A DNA stretch of 64,000 bases, taken from contig CM119372.1 of NCBI GenBank assembly GCA_051294905.1, positions 29,576,001 through 29,640,000 of the forward strand. Reading direction: 5' to 3'. This DNA is from Botryllus schlosseri (taxonomy: Eukaryota). The notes below the pieces were generated by a model. It made no database searches and was not told the origin of the DNA. It saw only the letters and a program-made list of their open reading frames with translations. This document shows, one piece after another, positions 47,128 through 61,129 of the stretch. Both the position numbers and the translations under genes were made by a program. Every line of letters begins with the position of its first letter. Position 1 is the stretch's first letter.

Positions 47128-50100
47128 GCGCAGTGCCCATGCAAGCGTATGCAGAAGCTGTTTTGTCTGTAATGGCGCTGCGGATGGAACTATCCCATAT
47201 CGAAAACGTAAACGGAAATGCAATCCAATCCAGTTAATTCAGGACTAATTGGTTTTGCGAAACCGGAACATTCATTGACTTGAAAATTGGATCGAAAATT
47301 CGTCTCTTAATTACGATTCATTTGATATCTTCAAGTCCGAGTCCACTCAAGACATTTTAGGGTAGTGACTGGAGTCAAATCCTGACTCGAGTGATCAAAC
47401 ACGAATCCCACCAAATGTAGGCCTATGGTATAATTGTGATATAATTGTTAATGTTGGGTTTAATATATATGTGTTAGGGGGCTTACAAAGTGCTGTCTTG
47501 AATCTGGAAAAATACTCCGCGTCAAACATATTCTACTTCTTGCATTTGCAGAAATCGAGTTTTTGTATTCTTGACACTTTGACATCAAAATGAAGGTCAT
47601 TTTGCTTGCAGCATGCGTGCTATGGATATGCGTGGGGTCGGGTGAGTTTGTTAACGCTGCTTCACAGGTGGCTTAAGAATAAGTCCCTGCTTTCGCAGTA
47701 CTTGTAACTTGCAGTATTTAGAGAGCATGTAATGTTAGTGGTCTTTATCGTATAAATCGGCTGTTTGGGATTCAATACAGAATTCTGAATCGGTTCAAAC
47801 AGCATATAGTTGAGAGCTACCGTCACCGACTGGAATATTACGAATGTGCTGCCTCACTCACACAGGTCGGAAGATATGCTTGGAAATTTGACTGTTTCAG
47901 ATTATGGTTATGAAATTGACGCTGTTTGATAAAATAGAGGTATATACTTGCATTCATCAAACTGAGGTCCACGGTCCTTTAGGGGTACGCAACACAATTT
48001 TCTAGGACCGCGAAGCACGTTCCAAAAATTCAAACGATCCAAAAAAATGAACAAATTTTAGAAAAAAAAAATTCACGCAACTTAATTTTAAACCAAAATC
48101 GATGATGGCCCAAAATTATATCGGTAATCAACATAAAATAGTGTATTTCGGTGCAGAAATATTTAATTTCATCATCGGCATCTAGGAGTTGACCATTTCC
48201 CTGCCAGGACACACCTAGATATATGAAGGTATTGCCAAGATGCGACATCACGTGAAGCTCGCTGCCAAAAAGATCACTAAATGCCATGGCCCAGAATTAT
48301 CACCGTATGTTGTACACAACCATACGCAGCCGAGCTGGTCAGTCGGTCGGCTACGGCTACACCTGTCCCATTGACACTATAAAATCAAACGTGTTGTTCT
48401 GTGGTGATTTTGTAAGGGACCGTGAGTCACTTACAATATTGCCTAGGGATCGATTTGTGATTTTTTTTTGAAGTTTGAGAACCACTGCTGTAGACAGATT
48501 ATAAATCTAATTCTCATTCACATCACCACTAATTAAGAATGTAAAGGCTTATTCTCTATTGATAGTCAGGGCTAATACATTTCGTCATTTAATTAGTTAC
48601 CGTTTTATCTTATTCGATCATATATTTCTATACCGTTGTGGAGAATACCCACTTGGCATTGCGTGTTAACTACTATTTGTCAATCTATATGTTTGGCACT
48701 TTCGACTCATGAATCATTATACTTACAGCGTTTGGAATCAAATGTTACGTTGGAGGGTCGTCAAACTACCAGTTAACAGACTGTTCAAGTTCTGTAACCC
48801 AATGTGCCAAGATAACAACGAGCGGTAAGAAGTCGATACTGCTAATGAAGTCACTGTTTTACATTTTTTTGCATCCAAAGTGTTTATAGCTAGATCGGGT
48901 GAAAGCATAGAATTCAAGTGTTATGTTAATGAAAATCCTTAACTTTCAGACGTCGCCGTAAGGTCGTGCTACGTGCCTATGGTCACAGGAGCTGCCGCTA
49001 CTAGCAACGCGTGTACGGAAGTGAATTTGGGACTTAAGATCGAAACGTGCCTCTGCTCTACAGGTATTAGATAATTCACCACCGATTTTATTTTAGTTGA
49101 AATCATAGTGTCAGTGACGCAACGAGGCGACATTATGCATGTAGTGTATACTTCGTTATTTTACAATATGCAATACGAATTCCTGTAGAAGTGCCGTGTC
49201 GAGTGCGCACATTAGTAGCTGCGTGACGGTATAAAATTAACGGACGTCATTTTATTAGTGACGGTTGCGGTAAAAGGCGTAGACCAAAAGTGACGAAGTT
49301 TGTTTACCTCTGAACCACCGCTATGGAGATGCCAAGTAACTTTAAGGTTATCGAGTAAACGCAACCATTTCAAAGTCCATGCACTCCTGAGCTGCCGATA
49401 ACTCAGCGGGGAAGTCGTGGATACCAGTTTGATAAACATATTTTTGGTCCTACCAAACGTATTTGGAGCCGGTGCAGATCGACACGCCAGACGCTCTACC
49501 AATGCGTTATCTCTTCGGTTAGACGCGAATGCCTCTGCAGGAGTTCTACTTGGACATTCTGACTCCATTCGATTTCACTACGTCACAACGGACATACGTA
49601 CTCAGTTATTTAAAACAATTGCTCCAGCCACAATTTACATCCTGGCTACGCTCATCGTTGTGATATAATAAATAGAAACTTTCTTCTCCTGTAGCAATGC
49701 GGCTACTGGTTGGAATTGAATCAAAGTTGGTTTGTAGGCTTAAATTAGGTATCCTAACAATTTTATCAAGTAGCCAGTACGATTTGAGAAAAAAAGTCAT
49801 ATTTAAAGAGCCCTAGTACTCAGTCATTTGAAACAATTGCCCATGCGCAGTGCCCATGCAAGCGTATGCAGAAGCTGTTTTGTCTGTAATGGCGCTGCGG
49901 ATGGAACTATCCCATATCGAAAACGTAAACGGAAATGCAATCCAATCCAGTTAATTCAGGACTAATTGGTTTTGCGAAACCGGAACATTCATTGACTTGA
50001 AAATTGGATCGAAAATTCGTCTCTTAATTACGATTCATTTGATATCTTCAAGTCCGAGTCCACTCAAGACATTTTAGGGTAGTGACTGGAGTCAAATCCT

Positions 50101-52557
50101 GACTCGAGTGATCAAACACGAATCCCACCAAATGTAGGCCTATGGTATAATTGTGATATAATTGTTAATGTTGGGTTTAATATATATGTGTTAGGGGGCT
50201 TACAAAGTGCTGTCTTGAATCTGGAAAAATACTCCGCGTCAAACATATTCTACTTCTTGCATTTGCAGAAATCGAGTTTTTGTATTCTTGACACTTTGAC
50301 ATCAAAATGAAGGTCATTTTGCTTGCAGCATGCGTGCTATGGATATGCGTGGGGTCGGGTGAGTTTGTTAACGCTGCTTCACAGGTGGCTTAAGAATAAG
50401 TCCCTGCTTTCGCAGTACTTGTAACTTGCAGTATTTAGAGAGCATGTAATGTTAGTGGTCTTTATCGTATAAATCGGCTGTTTGGGATTCAATACAGAAT
50501 TCTGAATCGGTTCAAACAGCATATAGTTGAGAGCTACCGTCACCGACTGGAATATTACGAATGTGCTGCCTCACTCACACAGGTCGGAAGATATGCTTGG
50601 AAATTTGACTGTTTCAGATTATGGTTATGAAATTGACGCTGTTTGATAAAATAGAGGTATATACTTGCATTCATCAAACTGAGGTCCACGGTCCTTTAGG
50701 GGTACGCAACACAATTTTCTAGGACCGCGAAGCACGTTCCAAAAATTCAAACGATCCAAAAAAATGAACAAATTTTAGAAAAAAAAAATTCACGCAACTT
50801 AATTTTAAACCAAAATCGATGATGGCCCAAAATTATATCGGTAATCAACATAAAATAGTGTATTTCGGTGCAGAAATATTTAATTTCATCATCGGCATCT
50901 AGGAGTTGACCATTTCCCTGCCAGGACACACCTAGATATATGAAGGTATTGCCAAGATGCGACATCACGTGAAGCTCGCTGCCAAAAAGATCACTAAATG
51001 CCATGGCCCAGAATTATCACCGTATGTTGTACACAACCATACGCAGCCGAGCTGGTCAGTCGGTCGGCTACGGCTACACCTGTCCCATTGACACTATAAA
51101 ATCAAACGTGTTGTTCTGTGGTGATTTTGTAAGGGACCGTGAGTCACTTACAATATTGCCTAGGGATCGATTTGTGATTTTTTTTTGAAGTTTGAGAACC
51201 ACTGCTGTAGACAGATTATAAATCTAATTCTCATTCACATCACCACTAATTAAGAATGTAAAGGCTTATTCTCTATTGATAGTCAGGGCTAATACATTTC
51301 GTCATTTAATTAGTTACCGTTTTATCTTATTCGATCATATATTTCTATACCGTTGTGGAGAATACCCACTTGGCATTGCGTGTTAACTACTATTTGTCAA
51401 TCTATATGTTTGGCACTTTCGACTCATGAATCATTATACTTACAGCGTTTGGAATCAAATGTTACGTTGGAGGGTCGTCAAACTACCAGTTAACAGACTG
51501 TTCAAGTTCTGTAACCCAATGTGCCAAGATAACAACGAGCGGTAAGAAGTCGATACTGCTAATGAAGTCACTGTTTTACATTTTTTTGCATCCAAAGTGT
51601 TTATAGCTAGATCGGGTGAAAGCATAGAATTCAAGTGTTATGTTAATGAAAATCCTTAACTTTCAGACGTCGCCGTAAGGTCGTGCTACGTGCCTATGGT
51701 CACAGGAGCTGCCGCTACTAGCAACGCGTGTACGGAAGTGAATTTGGGACTTAAGATCGAAACGTGCCTCTGCTCTACAGGTATTAGATAATTCACCACC
51801 GATTTTATTTTAGTTGAAATCATAGTGTCAGTGACGCAACGAGGCGACATTATGCATGTAGTGTATACTTCGTTATTTTACAATATGCAATACGAATTCC
51901 TGTAGAAGTGCCGTGTCGAGTGCGCACATTAGTAGCTGCGTGACGGTATAAAATTAACGGACGTCATTTTATTAGTGACGGTTGCGGTAAAAGGCGTAGA
52001 CCAAAAGTGACGAAGTTTGTTTACCTCTGAACCACCGCTATGGAGATGCCAAGTAACTTTAAGGTTATCGAGTAAACGCAACCATTTCAAAGTCCATGCA
52101 CTCCTGAGCTGCCGATAACTCAGCGGGGAAGTCGTGGATACCAGTTTGATAAACATATTTTTGGTCCTACCAAACGTATTTGGAGCCGGTGCAGATCGAC
52201 ACGCCAGACGCTCTACCAATGCGTTATCTCTTCGGTTAGACGCGAATGCCTCTGCAGGAGTTCTACTTGGACATTCTGACTCCATTCGATTTCACTACGT
52301 CACAACGGACATACGTACTCAGTTATTTAAAACAATTGCTCCAGCCACAATTTACATCCTGGCTACGCTCATCGTTGTGATATAATAAATAGAAACTTTC
52401 TTCTCCTGTAGCAATGCGGCTACTGGTTGGAATTGAATCAAAGTTGGTTTGTAGGCTTAAATTAGGTATCCTAACAATTTTATCAAGTAGCCAGTACGAT
52501 TTGAGAAAAAAAGTCATATTTAAAGAGCCCTAGTACTCAGTCATTTGAAACAATTGC
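47128..52557 (+). repeat. Direct tandem duplication, 47128-49840 and 49845-52557 (period 2717 bp)
   Basis: Copies look identical by eye, and the ORF track repeats at +2717. A 4-nt ccat sits at the junction. Confidence 0.97.
47590..49063 (+). CDS. Partial duplicate (exons 1-3) of the Ly6/three-finger gene: 47590-47641, 48729-48824, 48950-49063
   Basis: Same exons and GT-AG sites as the downstream copy; has no exon 4 of its own. Confidence 0.8.
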
Positions 52558-55500
52558 TCCATCCACAATTTACATCATGGCTACGCTCATCGTTGTGATC
52601 GCTGATACATTACAACACTGCCTCATTTATTTCTAGTAAGTATATGTGGGAAGAATGTTCTATCAACTGAAGAAAGAATTTCCCTAAAAGCAGCGAGCTC
52701 TGTATCTGTATTATCCATACCGTAATAGCGAACGCTTTAACGATATACACGAATGATAGCGAAATGTTAGTGATCAAAATGCAAATCAGATAAAAAGATG
52801 CATACGTTTGCAAAATAGATTCGACATCAAGTTCTTTTTATGCTTTCACTACTGCTCCAACTTCAGCCTTGATTTAGAATTGACTTTGATAATAAACACA
52901 CACAGTGAGGACCAGACATGGGGTAATCGCGATTAGTAATCGTAATCGATTACGACGATTACAGCATTTTCAAGTAATCGTAATCGCAATCAGTGGCGGC
53001 TCGTGACAATATCGGGTGGTGGGGCAACGGCTGCAAGCGACTTTTTATCAAGATGACGTTACCATGGCGTTTTCCAACGTAAACAAGTAACTTGGTGGTA
53101 CGGTAACACGAAATTCTCGACAACAGTGATTTTAACGTATGCGCCGCGAGAGGTCTGCCGGTGAGCTGTGACTTTTCGTGTGGTAACTGTGTAAACGGCG
53201 TACGGAACAAAGATTCGACAAGGTTCATGTTCGCACTATACCTGACTAATTATCTGCAGAAATGGAAAAGACTATAACTCGAGAGATTGCGAAAGCCCAA
53301 CTGGAAAGGCCAACGAGTTCGGACACATACGCAATTGTTATCTCATAGATTGGACATGTCATATTGAATCCAAAACATCATTCTGAAGAACTACGGATAG
53401 CAGCCTCGGAAATTCGGTCCCGGTACAGCATAGGAGATTTTGGCCTTGAGGCTGCAGACTGTCACACGACACATACGGCTTACGGTCTATAATAGTGTCA
53501 ATATGTCTGCTGCAAAATCGCCTTTAGAAAATATATTACCGAATAAATACGTCGATGAAAGCCGAAAACTTGGTACACTGTTACATGAAATCATCGAGAA
53601 GTAGCCTCATGACCGTTTTCGGCATGGTACACCGTCAAAATTAATACGAACAGACCAACACCGAATTTTGCGTAAAATATACTGAGGAATAGGCTGATCA
53701 AGCAATCAGCTGTTAGCCGTCATCGAAAACGAAACAGCTATCGTGCTTGACAGGGGTTGTAATTGTAAGCAAATGGCCTGAAGGCCACAATTTCACGGTG
53801 GAATTGACATTGGAGAATATAAAATAAAACTAAATATTTGAATGCAAACCGAGGATGTTAGTAAACTGTTTCATGATATCATCATCTCATCACCTATCTC
53901 AGCATGGAACACAGTTAGAGTTAGCACAGATACACCGGCTTTTGCGTGAAATCCGCAATGCGTTAGGTAGGCTAAGTGTCAGATCAGCGCACATCTCTAC
54001 CATACTCGACCTTGATAACGAAATTGCTGCCCTAATCATTGAGTGCCAACCTTGAGACTTGGCACAGCGTTCGATACTAAAATCAAGACATACCATGCCA
54101 AAGCTCATGACGGATCTAGCTAAGCACCATCGTTAAAATCAATGGAGACCAATACCGGCTTTGCGTAAAATATGTTTGCGATAAATGACGAGTCAGCTCT
54201 CACTCGACTTAGGAAACGAAATTACCACTAACATAGCTCAGCGACAAACTTGAAACTTGGTACAGCGCCCGATACTAACATTAAGACTTACCATACCAAA
54301 TGTCATGACCGATCTCGGTATGAAACATCGTCAAAATCAAGGGATACCAATACCGGCTTTTGAGTAAAATCTGTTTGCGATGCATGACGGATCAGCACAC
54401 ACTCAACTTCGGAAACGGAATTACTACCCTAAACTTTGAGTAGAAACCCTGAAACTTAGGACAGTGTTAAATACCACCATCACGACTTGACATACCAAGT
54501 TTCAAGAGTTATCATGGTGTGAAACACCATCAAAATCGACCTATACCAGCAAAGGTCGAGTAAACGCATATGACGGTAGCCGAGTTCAGATATAGATACG
54601 ATTGTTACATCACACCTTAAGGGCGACCAGGCTATGTTGCCCCACCTGCTCGGCAATTTTATGAATAGGAGAGAGTAAATCACTGTTTCTTTATTATGCG
54701 CGGCTTTGAGAGAATAGACAGTGAAAGCTTGTTATGAGCGCTACCGGGGCATGCCCCGGCTAGGCGTTCGCAAAGCAAAAACACGAAGAGAATTCGATTT
54801 TCGCAGAGACTTCGCTATATATGGGCATTTACAAGCGAAAGGACAAGAAGAATACGATTTTCGCTGTGATCTCGGTATATATAGATTGCTGTGCGTCTGT
54901 AAATGGTAAAGAATTGTTATTGAACATAATTTTAGGTGGGGCAATGCCCCAGTTGCCCTATAGGACGAGCCGCCACTGATCGCAATCGATTACATTCGAA
55001 AAAATTCCGAAGTAATCGTAATCGTAATCGACTACTTCCCATATCTAATCGATTTCTCTGTGAAAGAACAATTACTTTTTATTTTGGCAAGAACTATATG
55101 ACATAAACTGAACATTCGTGAACTAGGAAGAGATATTATACCAGGCTCGTGACAGCACAATCGTCTGATTTTCAAACGCCACAGCTCATTATTACGTCAG
55201 AAACAGCCTATTAGCTTTGTGCGTCATTGCGTAAGAAGTATCCACACTAAATAGATATTCGATATACGTACGTCGTACATTAGTGTCATTGTAAGAACAC
55301 CCGCCGTGCTGTATATCAGGTTATCAACACGTTTCACACGCCACTACTTCGGAGCAGTATAATTTATCTCCGCTCTGCCTAGTTTCAAATAGTAACTTAT
55401 GGTTGATGTTTGGTTATGCTTATGCTTAGTTAAACGCAATTTGACCGTAGCTGCTTGGCGAGCACTTGGCGAGCATTTCCACAACGAAGCAGTAAAAATC

Positions 55501-57400
55501 AACAGCTGGTGATATATATATATCAAAACCGAGCCGTTTTTGCCGTTTCTCGTAACGGCAGCTTGCAGTACAATATCTGTATTAAGTTGAAGGCAGAATT
55601 TAATCTTCGCTTCGTCTTATTCTCATATGACTCCACTTGAAAGGGCGCCAATCGTTATTTCACAATTCTTTACTCAACATTGGGACCTGCCGCCATTGTC
55701 ATGGGCTTATATATGTTAGCATGAGTTGTAGCTATGGAATCAGGACCAAAACAGCAAGTCGTCCGCCATAGGTGGTTAATCGCAAGTTGAAGACTGAATT
55801 TCGTCGAAAATTGCATTATATTACTATTGATTTTTAATCCTCTCTCAGCCCCCGATGGTCAGATTTACCTGTAGAGTTTGTTTGTTTGAGGTAATCTTGG
55901 TGTTTGTCGACTACCACGGTCAGTTACACCAGGCCGATTTTCTGCATTCCGTATCTGCCGACTTATTGTAGCACGGCCCACTTGGTTTTTTATATAATCA
56001 AACGATATTGTAGTGGCTCAAGCGTAGCAGACTAGAAGAAAAACTTTCGTGAGACGCACAAACAAATTGTCATGTCTTTATATCTGACTGCATGTCTATA
56101 GCAACTCAAGTTGTAAATTACCATGGTCAGTGGCCACATTAACTACCATAGGACATGAAAACATTTTCATCATGGGGAATAAGCATTCATTCCGTCAATG
56201 CGGCCGTTGAACTTAACAATCAAGTCAAATGATCCATTGGTTTGATGGTCAGATAGCGTTGTAAAACGTGTTGCAACACCACCTGCACTTAATTTAGTCT
56301 GATGATGAGCATACTTAAATTTGAGAGACGATCCAAACGCATTTGAGTGTGAGCATACTTTTTGACGTGAGTTTAGTAACGAAATCGTTGCTGAGTAGAG
56401 AATCGCTACTCGACAGCAAAGGAATTGGTCTCCACCCTTAATTAGAAACTCCAGATTCCAAGCCAAGCAAGTGTAATTTTTGAATATCAATTTTTTTGTT
56501 TGTTTCAACTTGATTTTATGATATTTTTGTTGGATTTTCCAACGTCAATGGGAGCCGCAAGTAGGTTAGCTCGGAGCCGCGGTTGGGAATCACTGATTTA
56601 GGGAAGATTTTCAAGTTAATTAGATCACTCGAAAATACTCTATAACTTATGTTGGTTTACGAAATACTTTTTCAGTCCCCTTTTTCGAGCTCGCTCCCCA
56701 CCCTATTGGGAAATTTAGGGTGCTGCAATTATGGCCCTGGCAAGAATGCAAATCATTGGGTGCGATAAATTGAACTCCATAGAAATGGGCAATGGGTACA
56801 TTATGACGTAGCAAGCAAATGACGCATCTCTTTTAAAGGGAGTTTGTTATCTCATTAGGCCTCTTCAGTGCAATCCATATATTGGCTTCTAACATAGCTT
56901 CCAAGATGCAAAATAAATGTAATCGTGAGTAATCGTGATTACTTTTCCAATGTAATCGTAATCGTAATCGACTACTTCCTGATTTTGCTGTAATCGTAAT
57001 CGTAATCGTAATCGCGTCATTCAGAAGTAATCGTAATCGCAATCGATTACAATCATGAAGTAATCACCCCATGTCTGGTGAGGACTTGAATCACTCCCGT
57101 AACAAAGTTAGTGATTGTGGTTGGTATGACTTCCGTTTTACCACAGCTAAAACGATAGCTAAAGTAATTTGTAAAAGTATGTATCACGCGTCGCTATTTT
57201 AATACTTCAGCTTCCAATACCAATAGAATGCAACAAATCAATGTCGGGAATACATAACATCACTATGCCTGCATACTCCAGAATCCAGTTGCCATCACTA
57301 CACAATTGTTTCAGATGCGTGCAACGGAGCAGCAACTTCCTACGTCAGCAGAATGCTTGCTGTCATTTTAACTGCCATCACTGCCCGCGCCGTGATGTAA
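50307..57400 (+). CDS. GPI-anchored Ly6/uPAR (three-finger, quiver-like) protein, 115 aa; exons 50307-50358, 51446-51541, 51667-51780, 57315-57400
   Basis: All introns GT-AG, phase 1. Product: MKVILLAACVLWICVGSAFGIKCYVGGSSNYQLTDCSSSVTQCAKITTSDVAVRSCYVPMVTGAAATSNACTEVNLGLKIETCLCSTDACNGAATSYVSRMLAVILTAITARAVM. Signal peptide, 8 Cys in the mature domain, CxCxxDxCN, hydrophobic tail; AATAAA at 57532. Confidence 0.92.
52913..57077 (+). mobile_element. hAT-type element, family B, complete, in Ly6 intron 3
   Basis: TIR cagacatggggt/accccatgtctg; exact TSD gtgaggac. Confidence 0.95.
52991..54978 (-). mobile_element. Short deletion derivative of the 13185-17951 hAT transposon
   Basis: Same TIRs; exact TSD atcgcaat; retains only the first ~16 transposase codons (MNLVESLFRTPFTQLP). 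Confidence 0.95.
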
Positions 57401-57992
57401 AGCGTGGTCCAGTTGCAATCAAGCTCGAATATAATAAAGGAGGAATTTTATTTTCGTCATAATTAAGCGCAAATACAATAACGGAAGAATTTTGTTTTCG
57501 TCGTTTCGTTTATTTTCGTATTCTATATCTGAATAAAAGTGTACCTGTCGAACTATATTGATCTTACTTCTTCACTCATATATTCACTTATTCAGCAGGA
57601 TCGCAACACTCACACAGGTAGGCCTACCGCATTGTGACAGAGTTTGTTCTGAAAACAGACTATATTAGGTTGCTTATAGTCACCAGAGTATTTCCTAATA
57701 GTTACCAGTTGGGGGAAGACCAAAATTTGTGTCCTACTTATCACATGTGTCGATACTGCAGTGTAAGATTTGATTTTGTTTTTACTGCGCGGGGCGTATT
57801 GAACTCAGACATTGGTATATCGTATTGGCGTCAAGCCAGAGATCTACGTGGGTACTTGATAGTCGATAGTCATGCAGTTCGTGTGAGTCGTGCTCTCGAT
57901 CGGCGGGCCTATAACTTTTTCGTAATCCATTCTATTAGCGTTCTATTCAATGCGCTACTGTTGTGTACGCAATCGTTACAGTAAACTGCAAA

Positions 57993-58369
57993 TAGGGCTG
58001 CATTTAAAACAAACGGTGTTTTAAAACACTTTGTTTAAAACATGTTTTAAACAGTGTTTTGAATAAAGGCTTTTAAAAAAATTGTTTGTTTTTTTCTAGT
58101 TGTAAAATTATGCCATAATTGTGTAAACACTTCCGAAAAAAACATGTTGTATGAGCCTGAACAATAACCTTCCGATATTGACGACGTATATCGATATTGG
58201 ATGGTTGGAACCCTCAAAATAGTCGGTTCAACATTATTAGTGCAGATATTTCGTCAAAGGAGCTATATTTACCCTATATTTTCAATTGTCAATGTCCATC
58301 CACTATGACGTCACACTTGAAAATTCGTGACGCCATGGCTTTTAAAAATTGGTTTTTGTTTTAAATGCA
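57993..58369. mobile_element. hAT-type MITE with TTTAAAAC repeats
   Basis: tagggctgcatttaaaac...gttttaaatgca (right end clipped); flanks actgcaaa/actgcaag. Confidence 0.6.
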
Positions 58370-61129
58370 ACTGCAAGTATCTACTATACACCGATGTCGT
58401 TTTCACCTCATCATAACTACAATGGTTAAGTAGCAGTAAATCTAATGCAAGAGGTAAATGCAATGTAAAGGTTTTATCACGCCTTTTAAAACGTTGCGAG
58501 CCGCGCAATTTGTTTCTGTTTAATCGGAAGTATGGAGTAGAGTTGGTAGCAATCGCTCTCAAACTCCATGAGCGCGCGGTGCCTATACAAAATCTGTGAT
58601 AGGCATTGGTTTTGTAATATATGGCCCGAGCATGAAACAGGTATGGTCATCCCTGCAACATATCATGCAAAGCTTTGATAATGAAGTATCCCAGTGATAA
58701 ACAAATAAGTTATTGTTATTAATTTGAAGGCATAATTTGACTGGTCCGACCCGCAAGCGACCAAAAGCTCTGAATCCGGCCAGCGATTTAAATTGAATAT
58801 TTATTGAGTTTATTATGACTGGTCTAGCGTATATCGATATATAAGTTTCCTGTGGAGTAGTGACTGATCTGCGATTTTATGTACGATGTTCAGTACATGC
58901 GTTTTATTTCATGCAGAACCCTTACTGAAAACGTCTGCAGAGTCCAAGAAAGAATCATCGGCGAAGTCATCGATTATATTGCGAGTAGGCTATAAATGAT
59001 CCAGTTCTATGAAATCAAAACCAGTTTCACGGTAGGCGATCTTGTGGCCTGACATAAAAATTGCATCATGTCTGGCCACCCAGCAGTTGTGTAGGCCCAC
59101 TACTACTTTTAGAATTTTTTTAAGCAAGCACAGATAGTGGATTAAATGAAGGAGATTGCAATACCATGTTAATTTAAGTTATTTTGCTTCAGTTTCTCTA
59201 CTCTCAATGGGATAATTTCTACGTTTGCAATTATACATCGCTGGCAATTTGAGCTGCACATTACAACTGCCACCCGTGAAGAAAATTTATTCGGCCCGTG
59301 AAGAAATGCCACTGCGAGTCGGGTGCGTAGCACGAAAGAAGTTCTTTAGGTCGATTTCGAAATCTTTTGACTGTATAGCAGACGAAATGTCACGGTAAAA
59401 CAACACACAACAAATGAATTGATAACAACGAGCCCACCAGCAGATGTAGAAGTATTAATTACGGGCACTAAATTTTTAAAGACACCAATTGATAATTTGA
59501 CAATAATATATGTAATACCAATTTTATTGACTGAATTCAGCCATGAATTTGATTTTATTCGCGCTTCGCGTGACTAGACAACGCCAGCTCCCTTACCACC
59601 GATTTCAAGGACAGTATCGTTGTGATAACGTACACGCAATGGGGTGTCTGGGGGGCTTCGTTTGGTTTATCATCCTATGGGACGCCAATAATCAGCGTGT
59701 TGGGCGGGCTGGTCAAGTGCAGTTACGGCCCAGTGATTTCCAACCTTTTTATCCTAATTCCCCACTTCCGATTTATTCCGAACCTTCATTCCCCACCTAA
59801 AATCTCCATATCCATATCTACCTCCAATAAAATTTTGCAAGACTTTGCTTAGTATTGGTGATTGTTAAGATCTCCGGAATTGATCAGCACACAATAAAAT
59901 TAACGCATTGGTGAACTTGTAACTGTAAACGCACCTCCGTAAATATATGTATCTACCCCGCCGCGCATCCAACAGAAAAATAGGAGGGGTTGAAAATTTT
60001 CCAAATGTTGCGGGATAGCATCAATTTACATACGTAAATGCCAAATAATACATGGGTCAGATAAACTTCCTGATGTTGACGAACTCATGCGTGCGATATA
60101 TATATAAGCCGCCGTAAACTACACTTTCGCACAATACCAAAAGAACTTGAAATAACATAAATATGTAATCTCATTTGTAATGAGTCCGGATGTGCTATCA
60201 ATTAGCGAGTCCAACATGTTCAGCAATATGAGCTCTTATTACAACGAATCAGAATTTTTCTACCACTACGTTTCGTGACCGATAATGGTGCACAAATGAA
60301 TAAAAACATTTCTGGAAATCGCGTGTCGCTATCCAGGCGATTCTTGCTAATTGGAGACACTGAAAATATGAATCGCTGAATTGCAAATGAGCTATGAAAT
60401 GTTCGGTCAGCATTTCAAAACGACATTTGATAAATGGAGAATAATACTGTAAAGAGTTTTTCAAAAGTGAGTCTATTCCCCACCAGAAATCCAGAAATTC
60501 CCCACCAGTGGGGAATTCCCCACCGTTTGGGAACCACTGTGCTAGAGATATACAGTTTTCCTAAAATTGCGATTACAACTGTTACATTAAATTAAAGTTA
60601 TTTCAATTTTGTAGTTTTTGCGAGGACGGGGGTGCTCATAATAAAATCAATCTATGTGACAGTAGTGACACCAACTCGCGCGCAGCGCGAAGCGACATTT
60701 CAAGTAGCATAAATTTTACCCAAAATGAGATATTGTTTATGTTAATTTACGAAAAAAAATTTCAACTCCCTTCAAGCCTTCAAAATTCCGGACATTTAAG
60801 CATATTTCAGTATTTCCTCCCGGACGCATTTTAAGCAGGGAAATTCCGCCCATGTCCGGGAAATTTTGACGTATTGCAACCATAAGTCACATATCCAACA
60901 TTTTAGCGCCAACTACTAGGATGTCGAATGGTGATATGTAGCCTACGTATCGTGCGGTACGTCCCGTCTCGTCCCGTCCCAACTGTCGCCTAACAACTGC
61001 AAAAAAATTCCAAATTACGTTCCTGGTGTAGCAAACAACAAGTATTGGGATAACTATAGGGCGTTGCGACAGCACCGGAGCGATTGTATAGCGATATTTG
61101 CTGGATTTCTTGCTACAAGTCTTTCTTTC

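Larger units (their letters stand above)
42883..47263. mobile_element. Decayed ISL2EU-like (PIF/Harbinger-related) element with about 550-bp THAP-coding inverted arms
   Basis: 42899-43452 is the reverse complement of 46710-47263. Both arms encode a THAP N-terminus, and the interior holds a YqaJ-like exonuclease remnant. Exact ends uncertain. Confidence 0.7.

Noticed and set aside
48030..49800. ORFs of 61-118 aa repeated at +2717
   Set aside because: They lie in Ly6 introns or a MITE; their recurrence reflects the duplication, not selection.
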